Below are positions 1 through 12,019 of a stretch of 40,906 nucleotides of DNA, one piece after another (position 1 is the first letter of the stretch; the number at the start of each line of letters is the position of its first letter). Under the pieces are notes generated by a model. The model ran no database searches and was not told the DNA's origin. It saw nothing but the letters and a program-made list of their open reading frames with translations. Origin of the DNA: Nemertoderma westbladi. Taxonomy: Eukaryota; Animalia; Xenacoelomorpha. Both the position numbers and the translations under genes were made by a program. The stretch spans positions 1 through 40,906 of the forward strand of contig JAUCBJ010003844.1 in NCBI GenBank assembly GCA_032718475.1. The letters are read 5' to 3'.

Positions 1-404
1 GAAACGCCGACTCAAGTCGAAAATACAACATTCAAATATTGCTATGCGTGCTCCGCATGCTCCGCGACGCCCGACGAACGTGTTACTTATTTTATTTTGT
101 TATTTATGTAAATGTTTTAAGCCGGTAGGCACCTAGTTATATTGTATCTTGTTATCAGATATATAGTGGCTGAAGTTGGTCGCATGTAAAAATTGACCTC
201 CAGCGGAAATTGGTCGCAAATAACAGCTGAATACGGGCAAAAATTCAACTGTAACCATTGCTATTCACTCTGGTTTATTGTTTTGGTTAGAATAGCCTGC
301 TACTGTATCCAGCTCATTTCCCTAAGTTGTTAAGTAACGTTGGCGTTGATTGTATTTATTATAATTGTGGAACTTTGAAAAAAAATTTGTTTATTTTCAT
401 TTAG

Positions 405-456
405 GCCGCCGCAAACGAGAGACGAAAAGCCGAGGAAGAAAGATGCCAGTCTGATG
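405..456 (+). other. Possible short exon (splice-bounded)
   Basis: Preceded by a T-rich tract ending tttag (404) and followed by consensus donor gtaagt (457-462); purine-rich 52 nt. No product recognised. Confidence 0.3.
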
Positions 457-1736
457 GTAAGTTCAGTTGAGAGAAAAATACGTGGGCGTTGCGTTGTGAG
501 GTTCACAGTTTAATCGTAATTTATATTATTTAAATTTTTATATTATTCTTATTTAAAGTTAATTAAAATAAGCCAGCATATGCTGTGTGCATATATCCTT
601 TGTGGGACCTTTGTACAGGACAATCCAAACAAGCTTAGCTTACGGGTTTATGTTATTTCAACCGCTGCGCTGGCTTGTTGCCCTCCTGCGGGAAACTGGA
701 TAACTGCTGAGTCACTCAAATTATATTTCAGATTTTTGAGAAACCACTTGTGTATCAAGTTTTGTTTAATTTCATCAAAGGGTGACAGACATACGACATT
801 AGGCCTCAGACAGAAAGACATATCGACTGGAAGATATCGGTAACTGTACCTACCAATATGCTAAGCAGTTACTTCGTCGCTCGATATACAACAATAGAGC
901 CGCTCAACAGCGGGATACTTACTGTAAGAATCTCAGGGATACTTTCTGTAAAAATCTCAGGATACATTACACTGACTGACATACTGACTGACGATACTGA
1001 CTGATAATTATCTAGGTTAAGGCACTTCCTGCCAGGCGATTTTGATGAAATTTTGCAAGTACATTGCTTTGGTGGTTCATAATCGCGTTACAAAATTTCA
1101 GATCGATTATATGTGTGGTATTCGATATATTTAGTTTTTTAACATTGTTTTATTTATTACATTCATGTTATGTCTAACCTTACAGCCTTATGTACCCAGG
1201 ACTTTATAGTGTCTTTAGGACTAGATTAGATTATGCTCCAACAAATATTTAATTACAAATTATATTTGGTGGATACTGGTAGCAATGCCAGGCAGGTTTG
1301 CCAACTGCAGCAGCTGCTAAGGCTAACTACAGTACAAGCTACGATTTCGTCTAAGGCTATGGGAGCCCTATCAGAAAGAAATACTACAAGTTGATGCTAC
1401 CACCATCTCTTCTAATTTTCCATACAACAGGAAGGGTATTATAAAACGGCTGGATAACAGGATAATGAAATGGGATTAGTAACTGATTAACGTGTTGGGG
1501 TCTCCACATAATACTGTAATAAGTACAGAAGTAACAAGTACCGGTAACACACGTCATAATCATAAACCAATTGAGGAAAAGGAACAGGTTACAGAGGCAG
1601 GCTTTTCTAACTAAAACAATAAACGGCCACTTTTGACTTTACCAATTGAAGGAGCCCTATAACCTCACCACATACCGGTACTACTACTACAATCGGCATG
1701 ATTCATTGCAGCTGCATTATATATATAGGATAGGCC

Positions 1737-2098
1737 GCTGCACGTATATCACCACACCTGCCTTCTCCAATCATGGCACCTGCGGCACTTATATCACCAC
1801 ACCTGCCTTCTCCAATCATGGCACCCGCGGCACTTATATCACCACACCTGCCTTCTCCAATCGTTGCACCCACTGCACTTATATCACCAGACCCAGTGCC
1901 ATCTCCAATCGTGGCACCCGATGCACTTATATCACAAGACCCAGTGCCATCTCCAATCATGGTAGCTGGTGCACTTATTTCACAAGACCCAGTGCCATCT
2001 CCATTCATGGCACCCGCGGTACTTATATCATCAGACCCAGTGCCATCTCCAATCATGGCACCCGCTGCACTTATATTACCAGATCCAGTGCCATCTCC
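1737..2098. repeat. Minisatellite, about 8 units of 45-48 bp
   Basis: Units like gcacttatatcaccacacctgccttctccaatcatggcacc (45 bp) switch to a 48-bp variant with agacccagtgccatc. This explains the overlapping repetitive ORFs on both strands. Confidence 0.9.
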
Positions 2099-2101
2099 TA
2101 G

Positions 2102-2195
2102 ATCTTTTAGCGGTAGGTAGGCTTACTCACACATTTATTTAACAAGGCTTTGGTGGAGCATATCTTTTAGCAGTAGGTAGGCTTACTCACACATA
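2102..2195. repeat. Short direct duplication (~33 bp, 60-bp period)
   Basis: atcttttagc(g/a)gtaggtaggcttactcacacat occurs at 2102 and 2162. Confidence 0.8.
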
Positions 2196-4654
2196 TATTT
2201 CATTATTAATCATAATTGAATATTTGCACAGTAAATTTAAGTAATTAAGTGAATGAAGGCCTACGTGTAAGAATGACACTAAAAAAGTGGCACAGTGGAA
2301 TAAGAGTAACATCAGTACAGTATGTGAGGTTTGAAAGTACTATGAGCACTATTAAAATTAAAATTGAACTACAAGATACGAGTTGTGAATCATACCAGTA
2401 ACTACCGGGTTCACAACCCAAAGAGACTTAAATGAATGTGTGAAGTACTGGTACATGGTTTAGATAGAAAGGTCAAAGTAGCAAAGGAACCAGCGGCCAA
2501 ACCAAGGAGGTACCGTGTTTACATTCTTATTTTATCACCTGTTTTTAAATGCCTTTTTTCACCTGGTTTTTACTATTCATTTTTTCTTTATTACCTATAA
2601 AAGTTTTGACTTTCCTTTTTAATTACCATGATTTACTTGCCTTTTTTTACTGTTTTTTACTACCGTATCTTTTTCTTCAATACCAGTTTTTAATTGCCTT
2701 TTTTTCGTATTGGTTTTTATTTCCATTTTATTTTAATAATTCCTGGACTATCGCTAAGCAGCCTTAAGTGCTGCTCCGATTCGCCTCAGATTATAAAAAT
2801 ATTATTTAATCTCTTGATAAATTGATATAATTATATATATAGATTTTGTAGGTACTGCAGTAGCAGAACCAGTACTGTGGCATTCCACATTTAGTGGCAG
2901 TAGTGTTGTGAAACCGGGATGAGAGTAACTGAAATACAGTAGGAGGTAGCTGTGAGACACGGCCAACTGTTAGTATTACTATTGTAGTATTAATTAGTAT
3001 AGTACTATTGCAGCTGTGGTATTACTACAGCTAGCGTTACTTGCAATTTAGCTATAATATATATTAGTATTAGTATATAGTAATATAGCTATAGTACTGT
3101 AGCTATGTTAAATCATGGAAACCGGGCTTTAGTTGTTGATTTATTAGATTAATTTAAAGTACCACCATACCACTACCTGGGTGGTTGGGTGCCTTCCAGT
3201 GCACAATTCCACTGCTTCCAAACCACAGAACCAATACTGGTGGCCTAACAGCCTAAGTATTGGCCTATCATGTACTGAACTGATATAGCATAGAAGCAAC
3301 AGGTAGACAGGCCTATGTTTACAAAGTACTTATGCTTACACCTAAAATCAAAGCAATTAATTAATATAAATATATGGTTACAGTATGCTACATTTGCTAC
3401 CTGCCTTGCTGCCTTAGGCCTAAAAACAAATATGAAGAAAAGTGCGATTGATCTACATTCAGACCATTAGCTATATATATATAACATGTAACCAAATGAT
3501 AGCCAAGAGTTTAGCCAATCAATGAAGGGCGCTGTAAAAGCTATCTGCTGGTGAGTCATTAGTAGCAGAGTGGAATTATTTGGTGTAACCATCGAAATTC
3601 ATAGGCCCTTCATGAAGGTAGAGAAGTTAACTAATATTGGTTAGATGTAATACAACAGGTTCTATAGGGAGATAGTATAGAATAGTAGGACAGCTGAGTT
3701 TGTGTGAGAGAGATGGGGGGGGGGGGGGGGGGGGGGGGGGGGACGGCTTTGGGTAGTAGTTATTCACTGATTGTCAAAGGATTCGCTGGTCCACTAGGAT
3801 ACAGTGCTTTAGATCCACAATATTTTTTTTTGTCCGTTGAATTTACTCATTATGTCCGCTGATTTTGACTTTTTATGTCCGCGGAAATTGCTACCGGTAA
3901 TGCTGTGGAGCAGTATATTGTAGGTATAAAGCCTTAGAATTATAAGGCCTGGTTTTCGAAAACAGGGGTATTGGCCGCTGGTCCCCTTTAACCTACAGCA
4001 ACCCCCCCCCCCCCGGCATTCTTTCTTCATTGTTGTCTAGAATACAAAATGTATAATAAGTGTCATTCATATGGGAATATTCATAAGTGAGTGTAGCCCG
4101 TGTATGTACTGTAATACTGTACATTCTGTATTTTATCAATCCCCCCCCCCCCCCCCCCCCCCCCTCTCAGAAACTATAACAATCTCTCTCTTTCTCCTTC
4201 ACTCATGCTGCAATACATAATTGAAAATAAATAAAATTGTAAGTTTAAGTAATAAATTTTACAACCTACTCTACTACTACTATTTGTGAAAAACTGTCTG
4301 CAGATTTAATTACTCCCGCAATTGGAAGGGGGTTTCGCGTCCGCCAGTTAACCGATATCATATAGACCTGTTAAAGGAGTCCATAGGCAAAGGCCGATCT
4401 GAATTTATCAGAGAAAATATAATACACTCAAGCGAGGGTAATGCGAATAAATAAAAAAATCTTTCATGTGATTAGATACAAAATTGTAAAAGCCTTAGGG
4501 TTTTAAGCGCAACCAAGTTTTTATCATTGTTAACTATTATAAACTAATATTAAATAACTAAAAATTAAATTTTTCTGATCAGTCAAGTAGAATAGTGTGA
4601 AAAATCTAGTATACAATATATAGTCTGTATCTCTGCTTTATTGTCCAATCTTCA

Positions 4655-4985
4655 AGTTGTCAGGTCAATCCCAGGTTGCTGATCAAGTTGCTCCCTGGAA
4701 ACACTTAAAAAAGTTGCTATAAAAGTTGCTCAACTTTTACAGCAACTTGAAGGAATTTGCATTGGCGAATTAAAGCGGGATAATCAAATTAAATCATCAA
4801 AAACTAGCTAGTAGATAAAATTACCCTTTATTTTACAGTCAAACTAGTCAAGTTGCTCTAAAAGTTGCTGGCCAAGTTACTGGTAAAGTTTCCAGTGTAA
4901 ACAGCGATTAAATTAAGTTGCTCCAAAAAAAGTTGCCAGTTGCCGAGAAAGTTGCTTTACAAGTTGCCATGTGTAAACAGGCCTT
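4655..4985. mobile_element. One end of a non-autonomous DNA transposon (Harbinger-like) with AAGTTGC subterminal motifs
   Basis: Many AAGTTGC/GCAACTT copies ending in gtgtaaacaggcct followed by tta; partner terminus not found. Confidence 0.4.
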
Positions 4986-6423
4986 TACAAAGGAAATGAA
5001 TTTCATCTTCAATATTACCTGACTTACAAACAGCACAAGTTCTACTTTCTAGCGGTTTATTTTGTAAACGTCCTACTTCACCATTTAACAGCAGAACACC
5101 ACAAGGAAATTGTGCAAGAATGCTACGTTGCTTCCTATTTAATAAATTAGTAGTAATATAGGTCTCCTCTTTAAATTCAGTTTTAAAATGTGTAAGTATT
5201 TTCTAAGTTTCGGTTTTTAGCTAACATCACTTTTCCAAAATCATTGAAATACTCAATACAATGTTTAGTAAATTGCTGTATATTACATGTAGATTTAACA
5301 TTATTATTCTCTGTACCGTAACCTACTACTCGAAAAATGTAATTCTGTAATTCACTGCACCATCAGATTGGTTATATTCAAATTTAAAAACCCTTTTAGC
5401 AATTCTGCGATCATTCATAGAAACCAATCTATTCCAAAATCTGCAAATTGATACATAATGACGCTAAGCCTATATTCTTCTATAAGAAAATACATGACAA
5501 TTTTGTCGCTGTGAAAGGGGGTAGGACTAGGGCAAACATATTTAATTTGAGAAAAATATAGGTATATATAGGTATATATATATAGAGTTTCGGTGTCTTG
5601 GACCAGTATGCGCTAATCCTCGTCACCACCATCAGCTGGACAAGGAATTAGCCAAGCCTATCTATCTATTACACCAATGACCTAAATTAATCACACCATC
5701 AACTCAGTTACCACCTAGCCCAAAAAGACATCAGACCTCAGACAGAACATTGGAACCATATAGGCCTATGGTAAGTAAACATGTTACCAATGGAAAACTG
5801 GTACTTTGCTAGGGCAAACACACAGTACAAAAATTATATAAGATTTGACAATAGGTAGTAATGTCGGAATTCTGCTCTTTACTTCATATGTGATAATTGA
5901 ATGTACCGACAGGCTGACTAACAGGGGGTTGTTATGTATATATTAACTTAAAGGTAAACACAAGTAGAATCAGGGCATTAAGACCAAATTAGTGACTCAA
6001 ACCCTAGGGCCATCAAAGGACACAAACAAAACAAACAAAAAACACAAACAAAAATAAAATAATAACATGCTGAACATACAGGTATGTATCGCAAACCTAA
6101 CCCTAAAACCTAACCGCCATACACTAAATGATACCGGTAATAAACTGCACGAAAGCTAAGCATATATTCTATAAGAAAATATATTACAATTTTGTCGCCA
6201 TGAAAGGGTTACCAATTGTGTTCAGTTGCCATGGCAACAGAGACAGACCTATTGGTCAGTTTAATTGTCTGAACTTAGAAATGGATTTTATTTTACATTC
6301 ATGGTAACTGCATTTACTTGACGAAGCATTATAGAAGGTCGTACATTATTTGCTGGTTTCTATGGTTACAGGGGGCTACCAATCCATTTCAATGGAGCCA
6401 CTACAGAAATGAAGAGTAGGTTT

Positions 6424-6670
6424 TTAGGAAGTTTTGTGTTGAAGGTAGTAGTTTTTAGTGAGTAGGTTGGAGTCGGTGCATGTTTTTAGTGTAAATGAAA
6501 GAGAGTTGAAGACAGTTGCAGTGGCTATAGCAAAGGATTGAGCGCCGATAGTTTTCAAATTATAAGTAGGAACTTTGAAGGTACACATGTTTTCGGTTCG
6601 GGTAACATTATAGTTGGGTACCAATAAATCTAGGAGATAGGTCAGGGCCTGAAGATTAATAGATTTCCAG
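6424..6670 (-). pseudogene. 3' fragment of CR1/L2-type LINE ORF2
   Basis: FKVPTYNLKTIGAQSFAIATATVFNSL resembles the C-terminal VP..KT.G.RSF....P.LWNSLP motif of CR1/L2 ORF2. Confidence 0.6.
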
Positions 6671-6982
6671 GTTAATAAATCTATCTCTAGCTTTTTTCCT
6701 GAGCCTAACTAACACAGGTATTACCAACCAATAACTAACTAATGATAAAACTACATAATATGACTCATTAAAATACGAAAATACAAAGTTAGGAATTATA
6801 TCGACATATCATAAGGGCCTACGTCAAAAAACTCGTTTTTCAGGAAACTACTTTTTTGTTTCTAATTTTGTTTTAGTGCAAAAGGTAATAATAACTTAAG
6901 AGTTAATTATGTAAGTGGATTCAATTCCCTGCACTACCCACCGAAAATGGGACTAGTGGCATTTTACCAATATAGTTGGCGA

Positions 6983-7614
6983 TGTGAGATTACCAATAAT
7001 AATCTCACCTCATAACCAACTGGGGAGGGCGATACACGCCGTAAGCCACAGAGAGAGGTGAGAGGTCAAACCACCTCAGAGGGAGAAACCAGCTAGTGAG
7101 GCTAGCACCAGTGGGAAACACCAACAGGGAGTGGCGAAGTGACAATTAGTATATAAGCCAATAGCGGGCAGGGAAGCACGTTGGGGAGGACAAGAACGCA
7201 TCCATTGGGTATTAGAGGCCGCCCAGTGGTGTAGGGCTAAAACCAATATGTGTCAATGGTATAACTCTTGTGATCACTCATTATTAGTTCAGTTGAGTTA
7301 GTTAATTCCGTTATGGTTGTGAGACCATAATAATATTTTGAATAGTGTAGAATAGAGAATAGAGAATAGAATAAGATTAGTTTTGACCGTCGTCGTTATT
7401 AGATCATTACTGTATCGTTGTTACTGTTATTGTGCACTGCATATCATCATATTCAGACTGTGCTGTTATTAACTGCGTGATTAACAACACTGAGAATTTA
7501 ACTCTTATTTTCAACGGCCTTCGGCCTAACATACCCAACAGCTTACGAACGCGACGACGCATACAACCTTCACCAGTCGGGACTGAGACTGTCAACTCCA
7601 CCAGTCCCGTCACA
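6983..7614 (+). repeat. Putative 5' LTR of BEL/Pao element
   Basis: Begins TGTGA and ends TCACA (inverted termini), has an internal TATATAAG near 7150, and lies just upstream of gag. No second LTR is present to confirm the boundaries. Confidence 0.5.
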
Positions 7615-10006
7615 GTCAAAAATATCCAGGGAGTCAAGACATACAACAAACTGTGACCACAACCTGTGGACAAGATGAGCGAGAAGATGAGCGAACAACA
7701 GCGAGATACGCCCCAGATCTCGGAAGGAGAAAGAATGCCGCTGCGGATCCCGAGCGATACGGACCAGACGATCCAGGAGGCCGCAATGGGGCGATACCGG
7801 CCTGCCACCCCGGACTCGCCAATGAGGGACGATCCGGATACCCAAGCGGAGGGCAGCCGACAATGAGGAGGGAGAAGTGACGAGTCGACGCGAGATGCCG
7901 ACGGCGGTCGAAGTACTGAAGTCGCCGGCCAACCACAGGCCGAGGGCGACGAACGGCCCACCGGAATGGCGACAGTGGGGCCGACGGTACAGCTCCGGAC
8001 GAAGAGGGAAGGTGGAGTCAACGAGGAGGACGTCGGGACGAGTGATCGCCTGCGACGGGCTTACAACACCATGAAGAGGATGCTAAAGGACGCTAAGGAA
8101 GGGATCAAGGTAGACCAGCCCAAACTATATCAGAGGCTAGGTGAGTGCAACAGACATTTCCGCTACTTAGTCCAATTTGGACAGGGGGAATTGGCGAGTG
8201 AGAGGGCAAGGGGGGTCACCACAGAACTGTTTGAATTGTGGCGATCCTCCAAGGTGGTGGAGGCAGACGTGGTGTACGTAGGGCCTTACTTAGTGGATGC
8301 GAGGGGGATTAAGTTAGTGGGATGGGTGGACCCCCATGACGGCAAATCCGAGGTTAATCCCGAGGATTCGGTGTCGTCGTTTAGTAGGAACTCCAGCAAA
8401 TGGGGGAAAATTAGTAGGACAGACAGGCGACGAGAGTCCGTCGCAACCGAAAAGTACGCTACATCCTCCGTGAAAGCAAGACGGGTGTTAGAGATAGATC
8501 TGGCGTGTCAACTAGACACTGTTGCGCTGGATCAAAAGGAACTAGAAAGGCAGTTGGACGAGGGAACCGCGTTGCTAGAGAGGGAGAGAGAATTAGCGAG
8601 AGAGTGTAAAGAGAGGGCCGAGAGGGTGGCGAGGAACTATAGGGAGTGGGAGGAGAGAGAGATAAATGAGTGCAATAATAATAATACGTTCGATGGAGTT
8701 AATATTAATAGTACCGTAATAGATAACCCTAATATTGGTGTACAAAATAATTTGAATAATAATATGAATAATGTAGAGCAAAATAATTCAAATAATATAA
8801 ATAGTAATAATCCAAATAATAATATAATAAATGGCGGAAAATAATCAAAATAATACAATTAATAACGCAGCGAACCAGCAGGGCGAGACTATTAACGGTG
8901 CAATTAATACAAATATAGGGGGAACAAGCGATCTGCCCAATGAGAGCCTACAAGGCCATGCAGTTGTGCAGGGGTGAAGAAGGAGGTGACGGATGGGGGG
9001 GGGGGGGGGGGGGGCTACGGGCACCCCACCCACAAGCAATTAATGACGAGAGGGAGGGGGGGGGGGGGGGGGCAGAGAATGTCCCACGAGCGTCTGCGGG
9101 TAATGCAGGTGGTGAGTTGAGTGAACCGTGGCACCCGAATGTGGACAAGAGGGGGGGGGGGGGGGGGGGGTGGGGGGGGGCAGAGAATGTCCCACAAGCG
9201 TCGATGGGTAATGTGCGCAGTGAGTTGAGTGAACCGCGGCACCCGACGACAAAGGATAATAGGGTGATTGTGAATATCCCCAGGGCCATCCAACCAGGCA
9301 GTGGGAGAGACATTGGCGCCATGAGCAGGCGAGCGATAAACGTCGAGCCCAGTCGGAAGACGGAAGAAGAACAGTGGAGTTTATCTGGGAGGTCGAAGCG
9401 AGTTCTCACGAGGGAGAACACTGCGCTGAAATCGGACGAGGCGAGGAGAAGCGAGGAAGCGTTGCTACGAGCAACTGGAGGGGAAGGACAGACAGTGAAC
9501 TGTCAGTAGTCGAGATGGAGACAGAGAGCTGGTGGGGTCATACTCCAGGAGATTGCCGTCGCCCCGGAGAAACACAACCTGGTGAAATATACCACACACC
9601 GGGAGAGGGGGACATTCCCCCATTACAGTATCAGCAATACACACAACCAAAAACAAGAACCCCGAACCCCTCAGATCCAAATAAATCGTGCGACACAGAG
9701 ATATGGAGGATACCCCTGATGATATATCCCACCCAGGGAAAGTCGATGGGCCCGATAGGTGAACCGCACCCAACATCAAAGGAGTCTGTATCCCTACCAT
9801 TGAGCGCACTTAAAGTACAAGCGATGGCAATGGCAACACTCATCGATGCGCTGAAGACTAGGATCGAGCTCCCGCCAGTGGAGCCCTTCAAATTCGATGG
9901 TAGTAAGCCAGAGGAATATCTGCAATTCCGGCGTATGTACAGCAATGAAATCTTAACGAAGAACCTGACGCAAGCGGAGTGCCTTAAATACTTACAAGTC
10001 TATACA

Positions 10007-11090
10007 TTCTAGAACACTACATAATAGTCGAATGTGCCTACCGGTACTTTTACTGCTTAACGATTTAGTACAGATGTTCTTGTAATCAATATTATTGTAA
10101 ATACTCCAGATTGTCAATGTCAAAGATTTGATCTTAGCTTACGCCCAAGTCAATATGAAAAGAAGTACATCAGCATCAGGATTGCCTAGATGCGAACAAT
10201 CCACATCCAGGCAACGAGAGTCGAATGTGTTGTGCGTCTCGTCCTGTCCAGGAAAAGATGGGCGGGACAACTTGAATTGTATGTGCGCCTCAATGAAAAT
10301 ACTCTTGAATAATTTCTTCGTAGTCGGATTGGAAGTGATCGATATATGGGACACGCAATACCCCTTCTCATATTTTCTCGACCACAATGGCAAGCACCAC
10401 GGACATCTGAAATCCCAAGTCGGGAAGACCTTGAAACAATCTGTAGAATATGTCTTTCGAAACGCAGACGTGACCACCAAAGCCCATAATATCAGCAACT
10501 ACAAGTTGAAGTACCGTCATAAATTCGCAGATGCAGCTTGTATAACACCAACGAATTCAGACACCTTCATGGAGATCAACCAGCTTTACAAATTTAATAC
10601 TTTGAGCAAGCTATGTTTTGCTCGAAATTTGAGCGCATCAATTTCTTTGGATTTGGAGCAGATCCCTGAGATCGTCAAGACTGTAATATAATGGGTCTTG
10701 CCAGGTGGAATTCCTGTCGAAGTGACATTTCCGATAATGCGGTACTACCACATGTGCCTTCTACTGGTACCCTTGGATCCGGAAGAGGAAATAAAAGTCA
10801 TTGAATTGAGAGCAGAACCCGGCATGAAGTCTGAAACTGGCTTCAGAACAACAATTTCCACTGCAGCTGAAGTCTTGGAGCGAGAAAAAATTAATATGAA
10901 AATAAATAATTGTTATTTAATGGGACAGAACGAAAAAGGGATTCATGCACCAATGGCTCTATACAGATTTTCAAGGTGGGAAAAAACACAGGAAGACCCT
11001 TGAAGGACCCCTAAATTTTTCTCTGGGATTCGTTTTGATACAAAATAATAATAATATAACATACAACAGCAGCAATGCTGATCATCATCA
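10007..11090 (+). mobile_element. 1084-bp insertion of unknown origin with 8-bp TSD TCTATACA
   Basis: TCTATACA at 9999-10006 and 11091-11098; removing the insert restores gag YLQVYTGGPAY. No TIRs; ends in (ATC)n. Confidence 0.9.
10155..11003 (+). pseudogene. Intronless ~282-codon ORF of unknown product with one in-frame stop
   Basis: ORFs 10128-10691 and 10698-11003 are in the same frame, separated only by TAA (10689-10691) and two sense codons; first ATG at 10155. The other frames I translated have several stops. Confidence 0.65.
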
Positions 11091-12019
11091 TCTATACAGG
11101 GGGGCCAGCGTACGACATTGTGAGACAATACCAAGGTATTGAAGGAGGATTCACGACTGCATGGCGAGCCCTGGACAGGGAATTTGGGCATCCTGCGAAG
11201 ATTATCCAACAAACCTCAAGGGGAATAACATTAGGCGGACTCCAGGACAACCCTGTCAGCATCAAAACCTTCGCAAATAAATTAGAAAAGGTGCTAATAG
11301 TATTAAAGACACAGGATGCACCTTATGAACTCAATGCATCAAACAACATCACTACAATAGTGCAGGCACTACCGATCTGGCTGTGAAACAAGTGGAGAAA
11401 GATCGCTTTCTCCACCCGGGAGAAGAAAGGTGCGGAGCCAGGGCTGGAGTAGATGTCAAACTTCCTTAACTATGAAGCGGAATTGATTACAGACCCAGTC
11501 TACATCGAGGACAGTTTGGGGAAGGCGCTGAAAGCTGAATACAACAGGCCTAAACCCAAACACAGTGCGGCGAATGCACTTCCTAAAATAAGACAATGTA
11601 CTGGACTTGTAGTCCACAAGCAGCTGAGAGTAGGGCCACACCATGGCAGGGACAGAAACAAAACAACACAAACAAATACAATCCCAATACCCCCAGTAGG
11701 CTGAGTCCAAATAACCAAAACACTAAACTGCTAGATATGAATCTACGCACGATACATGAAGCGCTATACAAGGAATGCTACAATCCCAATTACAAATGTC
11801 AATTGCATTGAAACGGATTCCACAAGACCATGGACTGCAAGCATTGGCAGGCATTACTTAAACAAGATCGGGTAGCCTACATTGGTAAGAATGGACTATG
11901 TCATCGATGCGCGGTAGGAGGACACAGGTTCGCCAAGTGCAAGGAAGCACCAATGAAAAATGACGAGGTAGATGGAAATGGAGGCCAGACGATGGCGACA
12001 AGCACCACAGGAGCGAAGA

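Larger units (their letters stand above)
7666..11960 (+). pseudogene. gag: BEL/Pao gag (interrupted at 10007-11090)
   Basis: Coiled-coil and Asn-rich N-terminus, PFKFDG...YLQVYT|GGPAYDIV...AWRALDREFG (DUF1759-like), and zinc knuckles CQLH..H....C and CHRCAVGGHRFAKC. Confidence 0.85.

Noticed and set aside
1646-2101. Repetitive ORFs on both strands; CRISPR-like appearance
   Set aside because: Contiguous tandem units with no unique spacers in eukaryotic DNA; ORFs are a by-product of 3n repeat length.
2549-2767. Hydrophobic 72-aa ORF
   Set aside because: T-rich low-complexity, intron-like sequence; F/L bias is compositional.
3830-4400. Kolobok-like TTAA-flanked termini (cccct|ttaa ~3990, ttaa|agg ~4372)
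   Set aside because: Could not pair them with matching TIRs; motifs too short.
7407-9945. Minus-strand ORFs over BEL gag
   Set aside because: Antisense shadows of GC-richer coding sequence and G runs.
10139-10498. 119-aa minus ORF as the real product of the insert
   Set aside because: That frame has several stops upstream, whereas the plus frame has one stop in about 300 codons.
10007-11090. Insert as hAT element, Helitron or intron
   Set aside because: An 8-bp TSD fits hAT but there are no TIRs; Helitrons make no TSD; no GT-AG ends.
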